Below are positions 44,658 through 56,376 of a DNA stretch of 64,000 nt, one piece after another. The notes beneath the pieces were generated by a model, which saw only the letters and a program-made list of their open reading frames with translations, ran no database searches and was not told the origin of the DNA. Source of the stretch: Minutocellus sp. GHC0000111 (lineage: Eukaryota); assembly GCA_977018835.1 (NCBI GenBank), contig OZ361257.1, positions 1,612,001-1,676,000 of the forward strand. The letters are read 5' to 3'. The translations under genes and the position numbers were made by a program. Every line of letters begins with the position of its first letter. Position 1 is the stretch's first letter.

Positions 44658-45524
44658 CTAAAAATTCACCACCTTCTTCTTTCGTTTCTTCGTCTTTGGG
44701 GGTTCGGGTTTAACGATGGCTGCTGCGTCGCCGTCATCGCCATCATTGCCACTACCGTCGTTGCCGCCGCTGCTGCCCTCATCTTGATCTCTCTTGCGCG
44801 CCTTCTTACCTGCCTTCCTTTTTCGACTAGCCTCGTTGCCAGCCTCTTCCTCCAATAAGTCATCAACCACGGCAGCGCCGTCAGCATCGACCTCCACACC
44901 ATCGTCATCTTCACTTCGCTTCTTTTTCTTCTTATCGTTTTCAGGACAATCAGAAGCAATGTGCTGGACGGAACCGCAAAGGCGACATCCGCCTCCTCCC
45001 TTGACGAAAATACCTCTGCCTTCGTTCTGGTCGCAGCTGCTGGCGAGATGGCCCATGGTATTGCAAATGTAGCAAGTGGCGTGAGGGAGATCGACCTTGG
45101 TAAAGTCAATCTTTCCCGAGGGCAGGCGCGGGGCGTTCTTCATTTTGGGACATTGCGACAGGCCGTGCTCGATGCTCCCACACTTGTAGCAGTGCTTGCC
45201 GCCACCTCGGCCAGCGCTCACCATCGGGTTGTTGCCAGCGGCGGGCGCCTCGGACCCATCGCCGAGATCAGTGGTGCAGTCCGCGGCGGCATGGCCCTTC
45301 TTGCGACAGCGGAAGCATACCAAGTTCTTCGAAAGCGCCGAGGCAATCTTTCGATCGCGACGATCGTGCGCGATCTTCGTGTACTTGGCCCTGCGCTCCT
45401 CCTTGGTCATCTTGGGTTTTGTGGGTCCCTTGTTCTTCTTTCGAGGTCTATTCTTGTGCTTCTTTTGGGAATTGCCATGGCCGCCAGCGGGCGGCATGGC
45501 GCTTGAACCTTGAGGGGTGCTCAT
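44658..45524 (-). CDS. CCHC zinc-knuckle protein (ZCCHC9-like)
   Basis: Four CX2CX4HX4C knuckles, a GIFVKGGGGC..CGS..H motif and C-terminal KKVVNF. Confidence 0.85.
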   Translation of the reverse strand: MSTPQGSSAMPPAGGHGNSQKKHKNRPRKKNKGPTKPKMTKEERRAKYTKIAHDRRDRKIASALSKNLVCFRCRKKGHAAADCTTDLGDGSEAPAAGNNPMVSAGRGGGKHCYKCGSIEHGLSQCPKMKNAPRLPSGKIDFTKVDLPHATCYICNTMGHLASSCDQNEGRGIFVKGGGGCRLCGSVQHIASDCPENDKKKKKRSEDDDGVEVDADGAAVVDDLLEEEAGNEASRKRKAGKKARKRDQDEGSSGGNDGSGNDGDDGDAAAIVKPEPPKTKKRKKKVVNF

Positions 45525-45777
45525 GGTGGTAGTATTCAATCGAAGAGGGCGCGAAATGCGATGATTGGCTTCGGAAGAGCAATTTGTCGAAAAGTACATC
45601 GCCTGACACGATTTTTTGTAAGAGGAGTAAGTGTGTGAAAGAAACCCGGAAATGATGCTTTCCGGGTTATAAACTTAGCTCATAACCTATTCCACCCTTG
45701 CATGCATGCACCCATGGCCATATCGTGGTGAAAGTTGTATCCCAGGTTGCCCCCTATCGATCTCATATATTGCCAAG

Positions 45778-45843
45778 ATGTCGGACGCTGTTGTGATCAA
45801 GACCCGTAAATTCAAGAGAAATCCCCTTCTCTCCCGGCGTCAG
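45778..45843 (+). pseudogene. RPS24: 40S ribosomal protein S24 (eS24), first exon only
   Basis: MSDAVVIKTRKFKRNPLLSRRQ followed by donor GTGCGT. No downstream exon is visible before the convergent gene ending at 46198. Confidence 0.85.
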
Positions 45844-46197
45844 GTGCGTCGATCGGTGTATCGCTGGCGACGAGCGGTTGTCGGATTGTCGAGAATGGTT
45901 GCCGGGCTCATGACCCGATTTGACGAAGATGGATGCTGATGCGGGACGTTGAATTGGCGGCCGGTGGCTATGCCGTCCTCTGTGATAGGTGCAAGCAGCA
46001 GTGTGTTGGTGTGATGGCGCGTTGGCGTTGGTTGGTGCGCATGTCGCTGGTCACGTCGGTGGGGTTCTTTCGGTGGGAGAGGTAGAAGCGAGGCCGGACA
46101 GACAGGTCAGGTGGTGTCCGCTTCTGGTAATTAAATTATGAGCGAGTAACATCGTCGAATGACTGCAAACTGCTTGCAGTGCGCTTTAGCGCTAGAT

Positions 46198-47698
46198 CTA
46201 GTCCTCCTTGCTCTTGACGAGCTGATCAATGATAGAATAGAGGAAGACGCCGCCAATACCGATGGCACATCCAAGGAGCTTCATGGGATCCAAGCTTTCA
46301 CCCAAGACAAGAGCAACGCCAACGATAACAATCACACGCTTGGCAGTGTTGGCAACGGACTGAGTAACAGGCGAGGTCTTTTTCAGAGTCATGGTCGACA
46401 GCTCATTGTAGCCATAGTACCAGAGAGCCGAGGCAATCAGATTCATCTTGACAGCGGAAGAGTTCTTCAAGACATCAGCAAATTCACCCAGACGACTGCC
46501 CTCCTTGAGGAGTACAAATGGGATGGAGAAGAGGAAGCCAAGAATGCTGGTAAGGGCAAACTGGTTGCCGACGCTGCCCATGCGATCCTTCAGGCCCTCG
46601 GTCTCCATGAGCTTCTTGTTTTCATTGCCACGGATGGCAGCAAACAGGTTGGCAATGCAAGCCGATACCAAGGCGGAAACTGCAAAGTCAAGCTCGTTCA
46701 CAGAGGCGAGGATAACTCCACCGATGATGATTGGGAGGCACAGCCACTTGGCCTTGCTCACGCTCTTGCCATAAACGAACTGAGAGAGAACGGCAGCAAA
46801 AGCAGGCTCGGCGGCCTTGACAATCTGACCAAAGGAAACGCTACCAGCTGAGAATGAAAACACCGAGGCACTGTGGGCACCAGCATAACAGAAGGCAAGA
46901 GGGAGCATCTTGATAATGTCATCCATGGTCACCTTGGGAGCCTTTCTGGCGTCGGGGGCGACCCAAAGGAAGATACCATACAGACATCCGATTCCCAACT
47001 GAAGGGAGGAGATGGTCATGGGGAAACCAGCAGCTCCACCGGCAGCCTTGAGGGCGCGCTTGTTGGTAAGATTGTACTATAGAATAAAGTGTAATTGGGG
47101 CATGCATCAAGAACATTGTTATGAGAATGCTACGAGTAGATCTACATTATTCCAATAATATCGAATATCTTGCAAGATATCAAACTGCACAAACGAAGAA
47201 AATATTACTCACAAAGTAGTTGCCCACATACCAAAGGACAAAGTAGATAAGGAGGGGCACATCGATCGAACCAAGACTGCCACCGCCGCGAGTCTTGAGG
47301 ACACCTCCCGAAGATTCACCCTTGGCAGTGAGAGCAGCCTCCGACTTGAGGGCCTATGTACCGGTAATGGAGCAGTGTATCGAAGGGTGGGATATGTCAG
47401 AGAAAGTATTGAAGAATGTTCATTAGCGTGCTAGAAGAGGTATACATGGAGTAATGAAAGAAAGGACCTGAACTGTGCCCAGCGCACATCCATAAATATG
47501 CTGTTTCGCACCGCACCAAAAAGCCAAACTTACGGTGAATCCACCCCTGGCACCAAGGACGGCGCTGGCAGTGTGCTTGCTGATGCGATCGGCGGAAAGC
47601 TTGGAGGAGGCCGAGGGGAGCTGAACAGTGGCCTCGCTGGGCGCAAAGGCCGAGGCGGCGGCAGCGCCGAGGATCACAATAGCGGCGGCGTATCTCAT
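46198..47698 (-). CDS. Plastid triose-phosphate/phosphate translocator
   Basis: ASAFAP presequence; exons 47698-47534, 47353-47213 and 47076-46198; WY..N..YN..NK, SFGQIVKAAEPAF and SVANTAKRV motifs. Confidence 0.92.
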
Positions 47699-47790
47699 CG
47701 TTCCTTCAGCAGGCGTAATTTGGTACAGAGTGTCAGCGCGATCTTGAATGCCAATGGGCCGTGCGACGGCAAGACCGCCATCCGGCCAAC

Positions 47791-47814
47791 GAGTCGAGTG
47801 AGTCGAGTCGAGTC
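47791..47814. repeat. (GAGTC)n micro-repeat in the 175-bp spacer between divergent plastid-targeted genes
   Basis: GAGTC GAGT GAGTC GAGTC GAGTC. Confidence 0.7.
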
Positions 47815-47873
47815 GGGAGCGATGGTCCGCTGACGAACGAGCCGCATTTCCTTTCAGGCCTCACCAACGCAAC

Positions 47874-48707
47874 ATGAAGGTATCGATCGCCGGTGTTTGC
47901 CTCCTCCTCTCCTCTGCTGCAGCCTTTGCGCCGCAGCAGAAGGCGTCGCCGGCTTCTCCCTCGACCAGCGCTACCGCTCTCTTCGGCCGCGCCGCTGCCG
48001 TCCGCGCTGCCACCAAGGGCAAGACCGACGCAAAGAAGGCCAAGACGAATGCCCTGTACGGAAAGAAGATCATCATGGCGGTGAAGCAGGGTGGTTCGGC
48101 CGACACCAATGCCAACCGTGCTCTTGCCGAGGTGATAAAGGCAGCAAAGGCCAACTCGGTTCCTGTCGACAACATCAACAGAGCAATCAAGAGAGCTTCT
48201 GAGACCGACACTGCCAACTTTGCCGAATCTACCTTTGAGGCATATGGCTTTGGAGGTGCCTCGTTGGTGATCAACTGCCTTTCAGACAATGCCAACCGAT
48301 GCACGGCCGACGTCAAGTCGACCGTCAACAAGCGTGGGGGTAAGATTGCTGAGCAGGGTTCCGTGCTCTTCATGTATGATCGCAAAGGAAAGGTTGAAAT
48401 TCCTGCCGTCGTCGATGAGGAGGAACTGTTGATGGCTGCCATTGATGCTGGATGCGATGACATGGAGCTCGTAGAGGGCGATGAAGAGGGAACCAGCGTC
48501 GTTTACACCGATCCCAAGGAGACGAATGCCATGATGGATGCCGTCAAGTCGCTTGGCTTCGAGGAGAACGTGAAGATGGGACTTGTCTACGTAAGTAAGG
48601 CGCCAGTTGAGTGTTCCGACGAAGAGTTTGAGAAGAACATGGAGATCATTGATGCTCTCGAAGAGTTGGATGATGTTGACTCTGTTGAGCACAATATGAG
48701 CAATTAA
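47874..48707 (+). CDS. YebC/TACO1-family protein with a plastid presequence
   Basis: KGKTDAKK...GKKIIMAVKQGG..D...N..L, FEAYGFGG, SDNANR, GSVLFMYDRKG and LEELDDVDSVEHN; signal ending SAAA-FAP. Confidence 0.92.
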   Translation: MKVSIAGVCLLLSSAAAFAPQQKASPASPSTSATALFGRAAAVRAATKGKTDAKKAKTNALYGKKIIMAVKQGGSADTNANRALAEVIKAAKANSVPVDNINRAIKRASETDTANFAESTFEAYGFGGASLVINCLSDNANRCTADVKSTVNKRGGKIAEQGSVLFMYDRKGKVEIPAVVDEEELLMAAIDAGCDDMELVEGDEEGTSVVYTDPKETNAMMDAVKSLGFEENVKMGLVYVSKAPVECSDEEFEKNMEIIDALEELDDVDSVEHNMSN

Positions 48708-48960
48708 GAATCGATCAGATTGGAATGTTGTTTCCATCGGTAAAGGAATAAAATTAGCACATGTGGAAATATCTTGTAATGTGGTTCGAAGGTCGATGGG
48801 GTAAAAATGTTGGTGCATTATGAGTATTGTGTGTATTCGTTTACTTTAAGCGTTCTATTTCATCATGAAAATATAATGTATGCACAATGTGAACACCCAA
48901 ACACATATTAGTTGTTCAAGTAGATCAGACAAAGCAAATTCGTTCCTTCTTTGCCTATTA

Positions 48961-50301
48961 TTAGGCATAAGCTTGCTGCTGCTGCGTTCCCTCAACCTTG
49001 GTGATGTGCACCTGTCCACTGGACTCGGCGGGAGCAACGGTCGGTCCCTTATGAGCCGGCTTGCCAATGAACCCCAGCTTCTGGAACAGGGCCTGATCCA
49101 CATCGAACTCGGGGTTGTCCGTCGTCAGCAGCTTATCACCGTTGAAGATGGAATTGGCACCGGCCGAGAACATCATGTACTGCTCGGCATCCGAAAAGCT
49201 CAGACGACCAGCCGACAGACGGACCATGGTACGGGGCATCACGATGCGGGCAGTGGCGATCATACGGGTCATGTCGAATGCATCGACGTTGCCAATGTCA
49301 TCGTTCTCTTCCTCGGCATCGCCAAGGGGGGTGCCCTTGACACTGACAAGGGCATTGATGGGAACCGACTCTGGATGCTCGGGGAGGGTGGCCAGAACGT
49401 GGAGGAGACCAACGCGGTCATTATCCTCCTCACCAAGGCCCAGAATACCACCGCAGCAGACGGAAATACCAGCATCGTGGACGTTGGCAATGGTCTGGAG
49501 ACGGTCCTCGTACGTTCGGGTGGTGATGACGTTGGGGTAGTGTTCCGGACTGGTGTCGAGGTTGTGGTTGTAGGCAGTGAGGCCGGCCTCCTTGAGCTGC
49601 TTGGCCTGCTCGGCGTTCAGCATGCCAAGGGTGCAGCAGACCTCAAGGCCCATGCCGTTGACGCCACGGACCATGTCGAGGATGTGTCCGAAGGCGTTCT
49701 TCTTGTTGCCCAGCTCGCGCCACGCGGCGCCCATGCAGAAGCGGGTGGAACCAGCCTCCTTGGCCCGCCAGGCGGCCTCGAGGACCTCCTGCACCTTCAT
49801 GGTGGGGGTGGGCTTGACGAAGGTCTTGTAGCGGGTGGACTGGGAGCAGTACGAGCAGTCCTCCGTGCAACCGCCGGTCTTGATGGAGAGGAGGGTGCAC
49901 TGCTGCACTTCGGCGGGATTCCAGTACATGCGATGGACGGTCGAGGCGCGGTACATGAGCTCGTGGAAGGGGAGCTGGTAGATCTCGGCGATCTCCTCCT
50001 TGGTCCAGTCGTGACGGACGCCGGCGGTGACTCCCCCCATGCTTCGAGAGGCCTCGTCGGCGTAGAGGGCGTTGCGCTCTCGCTCGTCGTTGGGAAGTCG
50101 ATCGGCGGTAGCAGCGGCAGTTCCATTGACTCCATTGGCGGCAGCGGCAGGGGGAACATATCGGTCCACTACAACATCGTCCGTCGGAACGGCCGAGGCG
50201 AACGACCTGGTGCTGGCCGACACAAGCCCTCTGGAGTTGCGACTACTTCTCCACGCGACGGTGGAAGCACTTCGAATAGCTCGGATTGCTGCCGACGACA
50301 T
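48961..50301 (-). CDS. BIO2: Biotin synthase (radical SAM) with a mitochondrial presequence
   Basis: [49 protein letters not shown] and AGANSIF.GDKLLTT; Arg/Ser/Ala-rich N-terminus. Confidence 0.97.
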   Translation of the reverse strand: MSSAAIRAIRSASTVAWRSSRNSRGLVSASTRSFASAVPTDDVVVDRYVPPAAAANGVNGTAAATADRLPNDERERNALYADEASRSMGGVTAGVRHDWTKEEIAEIYQLPFHELMYRASTVHRMYWNPAEVQQCTLLSIKTGGCTEDCSYCSQSTRYKTFVKPTPTMKVQEVLEAAWRAKEAGSTRFCMGAAWRELGNKKNAFGHILDMVRGVNGMGLEVCCTLGMLNAEQAKQLKEAGLTAYNHNLDTSPEHYPNVITTRTYEDRLQTIANVHDAGISVCCGGILGLGEEDNDRVGLLHVLATLPEHPESVPINALVSVKGTPLGDAEEENDDIGNVDAFDMTRMIATARIVMPRTMVRLSAGRLSFSDAEQYMMFSAGANSIFNGDKLLTTDNPEFDVDQALFQKLGFIGKPAHKGPTVAPAESSGQVHITKVEGTQQQQAYA

Positions 50302-50810
50302 GATTCAGATTCCAATTGTTGTAATTTCCAGCAGGTTCCGTTTCCGGTAATGCGAACGCCAAATGCCAATTGCGTAGTGAAAAAAATGAGCTCGAGATGT
50401 GTCAATGTCTTTGTGACAATTCAACGGCAGCTCTGAAAGATCTTTCCCAAACGATACGACTGAGTGAGTTGTGATGCCCAGCAAGCAGACAGGGTCTCTC
50501 TTCTCTCCACGGTGCTTGCGTGTGGCAACGGCTCGCGGTAGAATGAGACCATCTTGCCGACCGACGTAGGCCAGCGCGCATGTAGCACGTTTGTGCTTTT
50601 TCGAAAATGGAGAGAGAAAAGAGGGAAAATCATCCAAAAAGAGGAAAATGAGATGTCGATAAAATGCTAACAAATCGGCCGCCACTGCACTCTCGGCTCT
50701 TCTCCCGCAAACCGCCAGAGCCGGCCAGCAGAGAGACAAAGTGAGACGGCAAAGAGCGGAGCGGACCAAGTACCATCCGCAATCGGCTTCGCTTAGCTTG
50801 CTTGCACAAA

Positions 50811-52337
50811 ATGTTCGATACAAATGCAGCTGGTGCTGCCGCGCCTGGGAAGGCCGCCGCCGCCGATCAGGATGCACCGATGGCGTATATCGATCGGCTG
50901 GTTGCCTCCGCCGGTGAGGTAGATGCCGAACACGATGATAACGATGTTGACGAGTGGCTTGAGGAAGAGTACGTGGAGGACCTCGTCGAAAGTGACGATG
51001 GGGACAATGACGGACAAAGTGACAGCGATGACGAAGAAATGTACGATTCAGATGATTCCGACGACGGAGTCGATATCGACATGCTTTGTGCCGAAACCAC
51101 TGCTCCGCGCGAACCGATACAGCCGAAGGAGCTGAGCGCCGAGGCGAAATTGGATTTGACGTGGCGTCTGGAAAAGGACGAGAGCTACAGTGATTGGACG
51201 ATTGAAGGTATCACTAGCGATGATGATGAGGAAGCAGATGAGGAAGCAGATGAGGATACAGGCAGCGCCTTTTATCACGTTCACAAGACGACTCTGGCGA
51301 CTGGCCGCCGCAAGGCGGAATATTTCGTTGGTATCTTCGGCTCAGGCGTCGGGCAATTCCAGGAGTCGGAAAGCAGTACGATTAGGATCAGCCTTACTCC
51401 AGATATGGCTGCTGCATTTCCTGACTTTTTGGACTATCTGTACGCCCCATTCTCTGAAGCCGGATGCGTCTTGAATACAGACAATGCGTTGCAGCTTCGT
51501 TCGCTTGCCAGCTACTTTATCGTGCAATCCCTCACGGATGCCACGCGGGACTTTATAATAAACGACATGAAATGTCTTGATCGCATGGAAAAATATTTGA
51601 AAGCAGCGGTTGAGAGGGAAGATCAAGAATTGATTGGGCATGCTGTCCAGATCTGTGCAAGTTCAATAGGCGGCATTGAGATCGACTCGTCTTTACTTCT
51701 CGCTATGCCTCCAGCCTTCTTTCTAGCAGTTGTCGCTTGTATTGACCACACGATTTCACGGCTGCCAGATGGAAAATCTTTTCCCGACGACAAGCAACTG
51801 CATATCTTGCATATATCTGTTTCTTATTTACAACATTTCGGAGGATCGGTTGACGAGCAATACTTTCGTGCCCTTGAAAAATATCTCTCCTTTCCCCCAA
51901 GGACCCCGGGCATGGAGATCAATTCCTGTGCAACAATAGCCCTTGACTTTTTGAAATTAATGAAAAAGTATTGGTGGAAAAGATATGGACGGCTCTGGAC
52001 CTTTTACAGGTCGCCCTTAGAAGAATGGTGCACTGAAGAAATTGAAAAATATTTGTCAGACTCTCGATTGGGTCCTGTTGGAGCGACAAGTTTTATCAGT
52101 AGCATGGTGGAAGAAATTCCAGGATTTGCCGCTAGAGAATTGTTGAAACGCGGGTTTTCCACAACCCGTCACTTTAAGCGCTGTTACGACTGAAAAAAAT
52201 GCAACAAAAACAAATCAACTTTTGCGCTGATTCCATGCGGTCACATGTTCTGCTCTTCTTGTGCCGATGCGTCACTGGATGCATCAGAATGTCCAAGATG
52301 CAACACTGCCGTTACCAGCACTCTAAAACTGAAATAG
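50811..52337 (+). CDS. BTB/POZ-domain protein with a C-terminal C3HC4 RING finger behind an in-frame TGA (52191-52193)
   Basis: SYSDWTI..YHVHK..LATG.RK.EYF..F..FP.FLDYLY BTB pattern. Reading through TGA gives *KKC-x11-CGHMFCSSC-x9-CPRC, ending at TAG 52335-52337. Confidence 0.8.
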
Positions 52338-52528
52338 TAAAGCAAATTATCATAGTACATGCCATGCAACGATAGTTATGTTTGCCTCTTGGCCTGGTCT
52401 TCTTGAACTGGTTGTAATATCCTAATTCTGTCACTCGTCGCTCAACAGTACCTACCATGCGCTCACTTGTTTATTCGGATTTGAACACAGGGGCTCTAAT
52501 CTGCCTTGCATCTTTCTCACCACTCAAC

Positions 52529-52996
52529 TCATAGTATCGCTTCTCCCTCAGCCCCTCCATGCCTTGCCGACCCACGTTCGAACCAGGTTCGATGATACCA
52601 AACCACCGCCAGATATGCCATCGTTTCCACAATCATGAGAGCAATGAAGACCATCATCAAAATCCTCATGCCTGCACTTGTATCTTCCGAATGTGACACC
52701 ATTTCCACAAGCAGATAGGCATACATGCTCAGCAGCACAACGCCACCAATCCAGATCCGTCGTAGCGATGTTGTCGAGGGACGCTGCATCGACCTCCATG
52801 ATATGATGGGCCAAGATATTACAATGGCCAGTATGACCACGGATTCGAACCAACTTTGATGATTAGGGCTGGATGTGAACACTGCCAACCCACCAAGAAG
52901 AGGCGGTGCGATGGACTGGCCGTGGCACCACGCCTTTTGAACCAGAAGCTTGGTGTCAGCATCATCGTGGTCAAAGTTGTCGTGTCGATGGTTCAT
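52529..52996 (-). CDS. Small hypothetical membrane protein with about four TM helices
   Basis: 155-aa ORF with four hydrophobic segments; no family recognised. Confidence 0.6.
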   Translation of the reverse strand: MNHRHDNFDHDDADTKLLVQKAWCHGQSIAPPLLGGLAVFTSSPNHQSWFESVVILAIVISWPIISWRSMQRPSTTSLRRIWIGGVVLLSMYAYLLVEMVSHSEDTSAGMRILMMVFIALMIVETMAYLAVVWYHRTWFERGSARHGGAEGEAIL

Positions 52997-53368
52997 CTTT
53001 CCGAGAGCGCGTCTGCTGCTGCTATGCTTCGCAGGCAGACTTTCGAGCAACACGATATCAATGCATATTCATCTCGCCGCCTCGCGGCTTCTGTATCCGG
53101 GATTTTGTTGCTCTTTTCGCTTGATCAGTCGCTGGCATCGGCAAGCGTTGGCAGTGAAGGAAGATGAGGCAAATCTTCTTGACTGGGCTTCTTGGCTTCT
53201 TGGATGTTTTGCGGATGCGACCAATTGCAGATTTTCCGTTGGTCATGCGAGTGGAAAAGTACCGGAGGAGGCTCGCGCCTTGCTTTCCCCGCGGTCAAGT
53301 TTGGTCATTTTCAAGTTTGGAACTCCAAGGCAAGGCAATCCAACCCCAGTTACTTCCCAACTATCAAG

Positions 53369-56300
53369 ATGACGACCTCGCTCTGCGTGACCGATCTGCT
53401 CAACATTTTGCTCGTCGATGTTCCGGTGATTCCGGCCGCGGACGAGGCGTATGCGGCCGCGGCTGTCCCCAAGAAGGGAGCCGCCATCGTCCTGCCGCCG
53501 GCTGGTAAGTTTTCTTGCGCCGCTCGTGCCTACTTTTGGGCAGGTGTATCTGCGTCGATTGGCATACCTATGCGCCTTTGCCCACGATGAGACCAATTGA
53601 ATTGTTATATCAAATGTATGCACTTTCAAATTATGCAACTTGGCTCACTCTTAGTCAACAAATTCCATAACAACTTTTGCATGCGTATCTTGCACATCGA
53701 CACATCACGACGACGACGACGACGCATCATCGATCATTACGACGAGCACAGGCCAGCAGCTTTCGGCTTTGGCCGGTGCCGAGCTGTCGGCCTGCACCGA
53801 CGTCCACGATCAGTTCAAGCTCCTCAAGAGGTCGTACTTTCGCCTCGTCCGTCAGGTCCATCCCGACAAGGGGGGCGATGCCCCCACCTTCCGCCGGGTG
53901 CAGGATGCCTTTGCCAACGTCAGGTCGATGTACGACGCGGCCATCCGTCCCAGCAGCGGCAGGGATCAGATGACGAGCTTCACCGACCCAACCGTTCTGG
54001 CCCAGACTGTATCGTTTGCGGAAGATATGAGTGACGACGAGGCCGCTGCAGCCGGTACCACCGGCGGCAAGGGCAACGTCCAGCCCTGGGAGTACTACGA
54101 GGCAGCCGTCGCGACCGACGAACCCACGTACCGCGTCGAATTGGCCAAGTCCAACAATTCCCAGTGCTCCCAGACCTCGGCGACGTATCGGCGCTGCACG
54201 CAGATCTGGAAGACCAAGACGGACAAGAAGACGGGAGAGGAGAAGGAGACCTTGGTCAATCCCAAGATTGCCAAGGGGGAGGTGCGCATCGGCGTGTACG
54301 AGGACAAGAGCTCCAATTATGGTCGCTGGGTTCATTTGGAGGTGAGTAGTTAGTGGTATTGTTCAGTGATATGGTTTGCGTTATGGTATATCTTGACAAT
54401 TGGGAATGATGGCAATGATGAATTTATTTGCCTTGCATAAATATGTGAGTGGGGGATACGTCATATCGAGCATATCTCCAACATCTCACATACCGAATTG
54501 CATTTCATCCTCCCTCGTCCCCCAACTGTACCCGCAGTGCTGGCGCGTCCCCAGCAAGATCTGGCTGGGTCTGCCCGACGGTCACCTCGGCCATTTCAAG
54601 GCCGACGAGAAGAAGAAGGCAGCCGCCGCCAAGGCCAGTGCGTCGGCCGGCAACGAAGATTCCCCTTCCTCCTCCGATGATGACGATGACGACGATGATG
54701 CCGCCGTCAATTCCACCAAGTTCAAGCAATACGCCAAGGCCCTCGACGAGATGAACTGCGTCGTCCTGGCAGGCTTTGGCGATTTGCCCAAGAAGGACCG
54801 GAACGAGTTCGTCCTCCACGTGATGGATAGGCAGAACTGGGCGCAGAAGCGCAAGGCCCCTCGCAAGAATAAGGCCAAGAAGGAGGATGGCGAGGAGGCG
54901 GCGGAGGAGGACTCCACCAAGAAGCAGCCCTCGGGTGTTGCGGTTCCAAGCCTCGATGGATTCATCAACGATTTCGATATGGACGAGGGTGCCAAGAAGC
55001 CCGCCGCCGCTGCTGCTGCGCCTGCCGCCGGTGGCGTGGATATGCTCGTTGCCGTGGCCAAGTCGGTTGGTGATGGCGAGGCCGGTGTTGCGGCCTCCCT
55101 TGCCCTCAAGAAGGAAAAGTTCGTTGCACCCGTGCCGGGAGTTGGGTTGGGCGTTGCCGGTGCCCTGGACGGTCTTAGATTCGTCCTGACGTAAGTAGGC
55201 CCGACTCTCGCAAATACAGGTTTCGTTCGTTTTCCCCAACTATCGCAATCTCACACTACTTATTTTCCCCTCTGAACTCTTTCCTTATATCAATGTAGTG
55301 GAACGTTCCCTGAAATCGGGGGTGGCTCCGGCCTCGGTTTGGGCAAGAAGAAAACAGAGGCCCTCATCGAGTCCTTCGGTGGCAAGGTGACTGGTAGCAT
55401 CTCCGGCAAGACAGACTACCTCCTGGTCGGAAAGGAGCCAGGCCTATCTAAGGTGAACAAGGCAAATCAGAACGGCATCACGCGCCTCAACCTCAACGAT
55501 CTGAAGAATCTTTGCGAGGGTGGCTCGGCCGACGATATCAAGCCCATCCAGATTACCTCATTCAGCAAAGGCTTTGGTGGAAAAAATGGCCTTGCCATCG
55601 AGGCTTCCGCTGCTGAGCTCATCGCAGCCGCCGCTGCCACCCAGCCCAACCAGCCCATGATTACCAACGGAGAGGACGAGGCTGGTGCCAAGAAGCCCGC
55701 CGCCAAGAAGTCCCAGGGCAAGGCCGAGGCCAAGAAGCCTGCCGCCAAGAAAGGCAGTAAGACCAAGAAGGAGCTCAAGACCGAGGCCAAGGCCGCCGCA
55801 ACCAAGCAGGCCGCCGAGGACAAGGCCGAGCGCAAGGCCAAGCTCGCCAGGGCCAACAAACTCCGTTCTACTCCCATTGATGAACTCGATTGGCAGTCCT
55901 ACCTCGAGGCCGGCGATCTCGTAAGTTCGACTAATTATGCTTTTTCCAAATTCTCACATTCTTGGATTCGATGCGTCTCACCGTCTTGCTTCTACTCAAC
56001 TCTCTTACAATATCATCAGGACAACGAGAATGTTGAGTTCCTCGAGAAGATTCTCAAGCACGAGTCTCTTAAGGTCAGCGGCAAGAAGGCCGAATTGCTC
56101 GCACGTCTCCGTGAGCACGCTGGGCTGGAAGACCCCATGGATGAGGATGAGGAAGAAGAGCTCGAGGAGTCTGATGAGGAAGAAGAGGAGGAAATGGACG
56201 TTGAATACGACAATGTCAAGCCTTGCGCTTCTTCTTCCAGCTCTGAGGAGGAGGCCATCAATGAGAATTATGGCTATGATATGCACTACTATGAAGACGA

Positions 56301-56376
56301 CGAGCTGAAAGAAAGTGCCGCCAGGCTCCGGTCGCAGTTCTCTGCCGAGATTGCCGACGAGGAGGCTGTCGTGTAA
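53369..56376 (+). CDS. J-domain + PARP-type zinc finger + BRCT + SAP domain protein
   Basis: Five exons (53369-53504, 53752-54341, 54538-55190, 55299-55920, 56020-56376). Motifs: HPDKGGD; YRVELAKS..SQC..KIAKGEVRIG..WVHLECW; FVLTGTFP..IESFGGKVTGSISGKTDYLLVGKEPG.SK; LKVSGKKAELLARL. Confidence 0.85.

Noticed and set aside
48880..50436. 518-aa plus-strand ORF and many similar long antisense ORFs (e.g. 46159-46851, 54505-55239, 62724-63788)
   Set aside because: They are antisense shadows of codon-biased real genes and show no domain signal.
8615..52193. Alternative genetic code explaining the in-frame stops
   Set aside because: The three cases use three different stops (TAA, TAG, TGA), and all three codons terminate intact genes in the window.
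55921..56019. ORF track reads through this segment as coding
   Set aside because: It has GTAAGT...CAG borders, is 99 nt and pyrimidine-rich, so it is an in-frame stop-free intron just before the SAP domain.
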